A stretch of 63,931 bases of DNA, the filler included, from Octopus bimaculoides (Eukaryota), in NCBI RefSeq assembly GCF_001194135.2. It is 7 parts of 7 records of this genome, joined end to end, with 100 filler letters (N's around TTAATTAATTAA, not from the genome) between each part and the next. Parts side by side here need not be neighbours in the genome. Positions count along the whole stretch, not along the records: positions 58,827 to 62,408 come from NW_026368505.1; positions 62,509 to 63,931 come from NC_068994.1; 5 more parts are not named here. One strand, written 5' to 3'. The notes below the pieces were generated by a model. It was not told the DNA's origin and made no database searches. It worked only from the letters and a program-made list of their open reading frames with translations. The position numbers and the translations under genes were made by a program. Below are positions 61,657 to 63,931 of this stretch, piece by piece (position 1 is the stretch's first letter; each line of letters opens with the position of its first letter).

Positions 61657-62408
61657 ACATTAAAGGAATATCCCCCACAACCTAGGAATAGAGGCAATTC
61701 AATTCTGGTTAGAGAATTACACCAATGATCTCCCACATTGCATCAAAAAAGAATTTGTGATAGAAGGGCTAAAATTCATCCTGGAAAATAACCACTTCGT
61801 CTTCAAAGACAACTTCTATCGACAAAAATCGGGGACTGGGATGGGTACGAGAATGGCCCCCTCCTTTGCTAACCTAGTCATGGGATATCTAGAAATTAGT
61901 CTTTATCGTAAGGTTGTAGAAAAATACGGCAGCCCATTCTCCCTCTACATAGAAAATAACTGGAAGAGACACCTAGATGACTGTTTCATTCTTTGGCATG
62001 AAAATATAGAGAAACTTAAAGAATTCCAAGCACTTATAAATGAACTTGACGTAAACATTCAATTCACGATGGAATATAGCCAGCAACAACTTCCCTTCCT
62101 CGACATCCTCATTAAGAAATCTAACAACATAACAGAAACAGATATATACTATAAGCCTACAGACTGCAAGCAATATCTACCGTTCAACTCATGCCACCCC
62201 AGACACACCAGAATGGATATCCCCTTCAACTTAGCAAAAGGGATATGTACTTTGGTTTCTAATGCAAATACCAGAGACACACGACTACATAAACTAAAAG
62301 ATACACTCATCACCAGGAACTATCCACTTTCACTAATTGACATATGCTTTCAATGTGACCTCCAACTCAACATCCAGGAACTCAGACATCCCAAATTAAA
62401 GAAGGATT
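61657..62408 (+). mobile_element. Penelope-like reverse transcriptase fragment (5'-truncated, cut by a gap)
   Basis: NIPHNLGIEAIQFWL...NNHFVF...YRQKSGTGMGTRMAPSFANLVMG...WKRHLDDCF...LPFLDI...YYKPTD..QYLPFNSCHP. Confidence 0.9.
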
Positions 62409-62508
62409 NNNNNNNNNNNNNNNNNNNNNNNNNNNNNNNNNNNNNNNNNNNNTTAATTAATTAANNNNNNNNNNNNNNNNNNNNNNNNNNNNNNNNNNNN
62501 NNNNNNNN

Positions 62509-62678
62509 GCCTTCAGACTTTCCCTATTAATTTCATCGTCTTTTGAATTATGAACATATTTACATCATAAGGGTTTTTTCGTTGTAAGGCTTTCTTTTTT
62601 AGTTGATTTTCAGCTAGCAAGACTTATTGTAGATGGCATAATAAGTCACACCAGGACAAGGTCGGGTTATACTGCTAG
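62509..62678 (+). mobile_element. Helitron-like unit, copy 2, 3' end
   Basis: Matches 60322-60491, including the hairpin region and CTAG (62675-62678). Confidence 0.7.
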
Positions 62679-63931
62679 TATGTAATAAAGCTGAAGTTGT
62701 GTATCTGTGTGAAGCCTTTTTAAAAGTTGATAGAAATCCACATTTTCCACTTTTTCGTAAAAATTTTTGCATCAATGGAATTTTCTCGGTGTAAACTTTC
62801 CAGTGCAGTAATTAGATTTTTTAAATTCCGTTTACTTTGTGATTTAAGGGAGATTTAGCTGGTGTTTCTAGCAACTTTTATATTTCTTCCCTTCTACCTG
62901 TACCGGCGTTCTTACACATCGATCACACACTCAACATGTAATATAGAGAGTAAGAGTAAAAGAGGGAGAGAGAGAGAGAGAAAGTGATACATAAAAAGTC
63001 ATAGATAAAACTTTCCTCTTAGTATTTTTTACCTATTTTTCATAACATAGATACATAAAAACACACACAACCACACATACGTGATCTGTGACAACAACAT
63101 ACACATAAACACATCAACATTATAAATATAAGATTTAGTTTGTATGTGTTTCTTATATAAACACGTGCACGCATTGCTATTTTATAACTGTCTTCCGTTC
63201 TCCCTTCCTCTCTTTCTCTCTTCATTGCTCCCGTACTCTATTCCTTTCTCTCCCTCTTCCTCTCTCGCTCTCTCAAACACATACACGCGCACGTACACAC
63301 AATCATTGACTACAATATAACTCATGTTCATCAATGTTTGGTAAATATACCACGATTTTCACTAGGGTGTTAGGGTTAGGGTTAGGATTACAGTTAGGGT
63401 TAGTGTTACGGTTTTAGGGTCAGGGTTAGGGTTTTAGGGTTAGGGTGTTAGGGTTAGGGTTTAAGGTTAGGTTTTAGGGTTAGTGTTAGGGTTAGTGTTA
63501 GGATTAGGGTTAGGGTTGGGTAATCATGCGGGTGTTAATCTGAAAAATTACAGGAATGTGAAAACTACCGACCCTGCCATCTATTATAACTTTTGTTGTT
63601 CTGTTTAATATATACATAGATTATGCCTCCAAACAAGAGAGCTTGCTGAGGAAAGAAAGCAACCGGTTTAAAAAGACAGCAACAGACTACAGCAATTCAA
63701 CACATTCCAGAAGCTACTTTGAACATAATGCAAAATGGTGCATCAACATCTTCTGCCCAATCTGATAGAATTCTAGCAAAACTGTGTAGCAACAGATCGC
63801 CAGCAATTGCTTCATCACAAATTGCCGTCCTAGCTCCTGCGAAAAGGGATTACCCTGCTATGTATAATCAGGGCAGCGCAAAAAGTTGTTTTGCACAAGC
63901 ATTTCTATAGCCAATTAGATGGGTGAAATTT
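62679..63931 (+). mobile_element. Helitron-like unit, copy 3, head-to-tail with copy 2 and running off the window; contains telomere-like tract 63360-63520
   Basis: From 62770 it is colinear with 58891-60297; the left TIR of the internal MITE is deleted and the right TIR is intact (63522-63552). Confidence 0.75.

Noticed and set aside
59762-63520. True telomere or chromosome end
   Set aside because: The tracts are short, degenerate, interstitial and enclosed by TIRs within a repeated unit.

Overview
Gap-rich, AT-rich, microsatellite-dense eukaryotic draft DNA. The clustered C2H2 zinc-finger genes, SINE types and TTAGGG-type repeats suggest an octopus (coleoid cephalopod) genome; this is an inference. 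The only intact host genes I can support are two divergently transcribed C2H2 zinc-finger genes, each with a single coding exon (91-1458 minus, 15 finger repeats; 5142-6812 plus, about 19). They share 5' UTR/splice-acceptor homology and a short N-terminal psi-K-x-E motif. The rest is a layered transposon graveyard. It holds about 25 copies of one tRNA-headed SINE (often piled up in TAA microsatellites), three other SINE families, Tc1 and Gypsy fragments, and a head-to-tail stack of three R4/Dong 3' ends. It also holds three Penelope-like fragments, with one intact-looking and two degenerate hammerhead ribozymes, and two related Tx1/L1-like elements. One of these is a complete, TSD-bounded, ORF1-only element inserted in a SINE tRNA head. 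At the right end is a tandem Helitron-like unit carrying a TIR/TSD-bounded MITE filled with telomere-like repeats. Most ORFs in the supplied track are microsatellite or N-gap artefacts. Family names come from motif recognition, not database searches.
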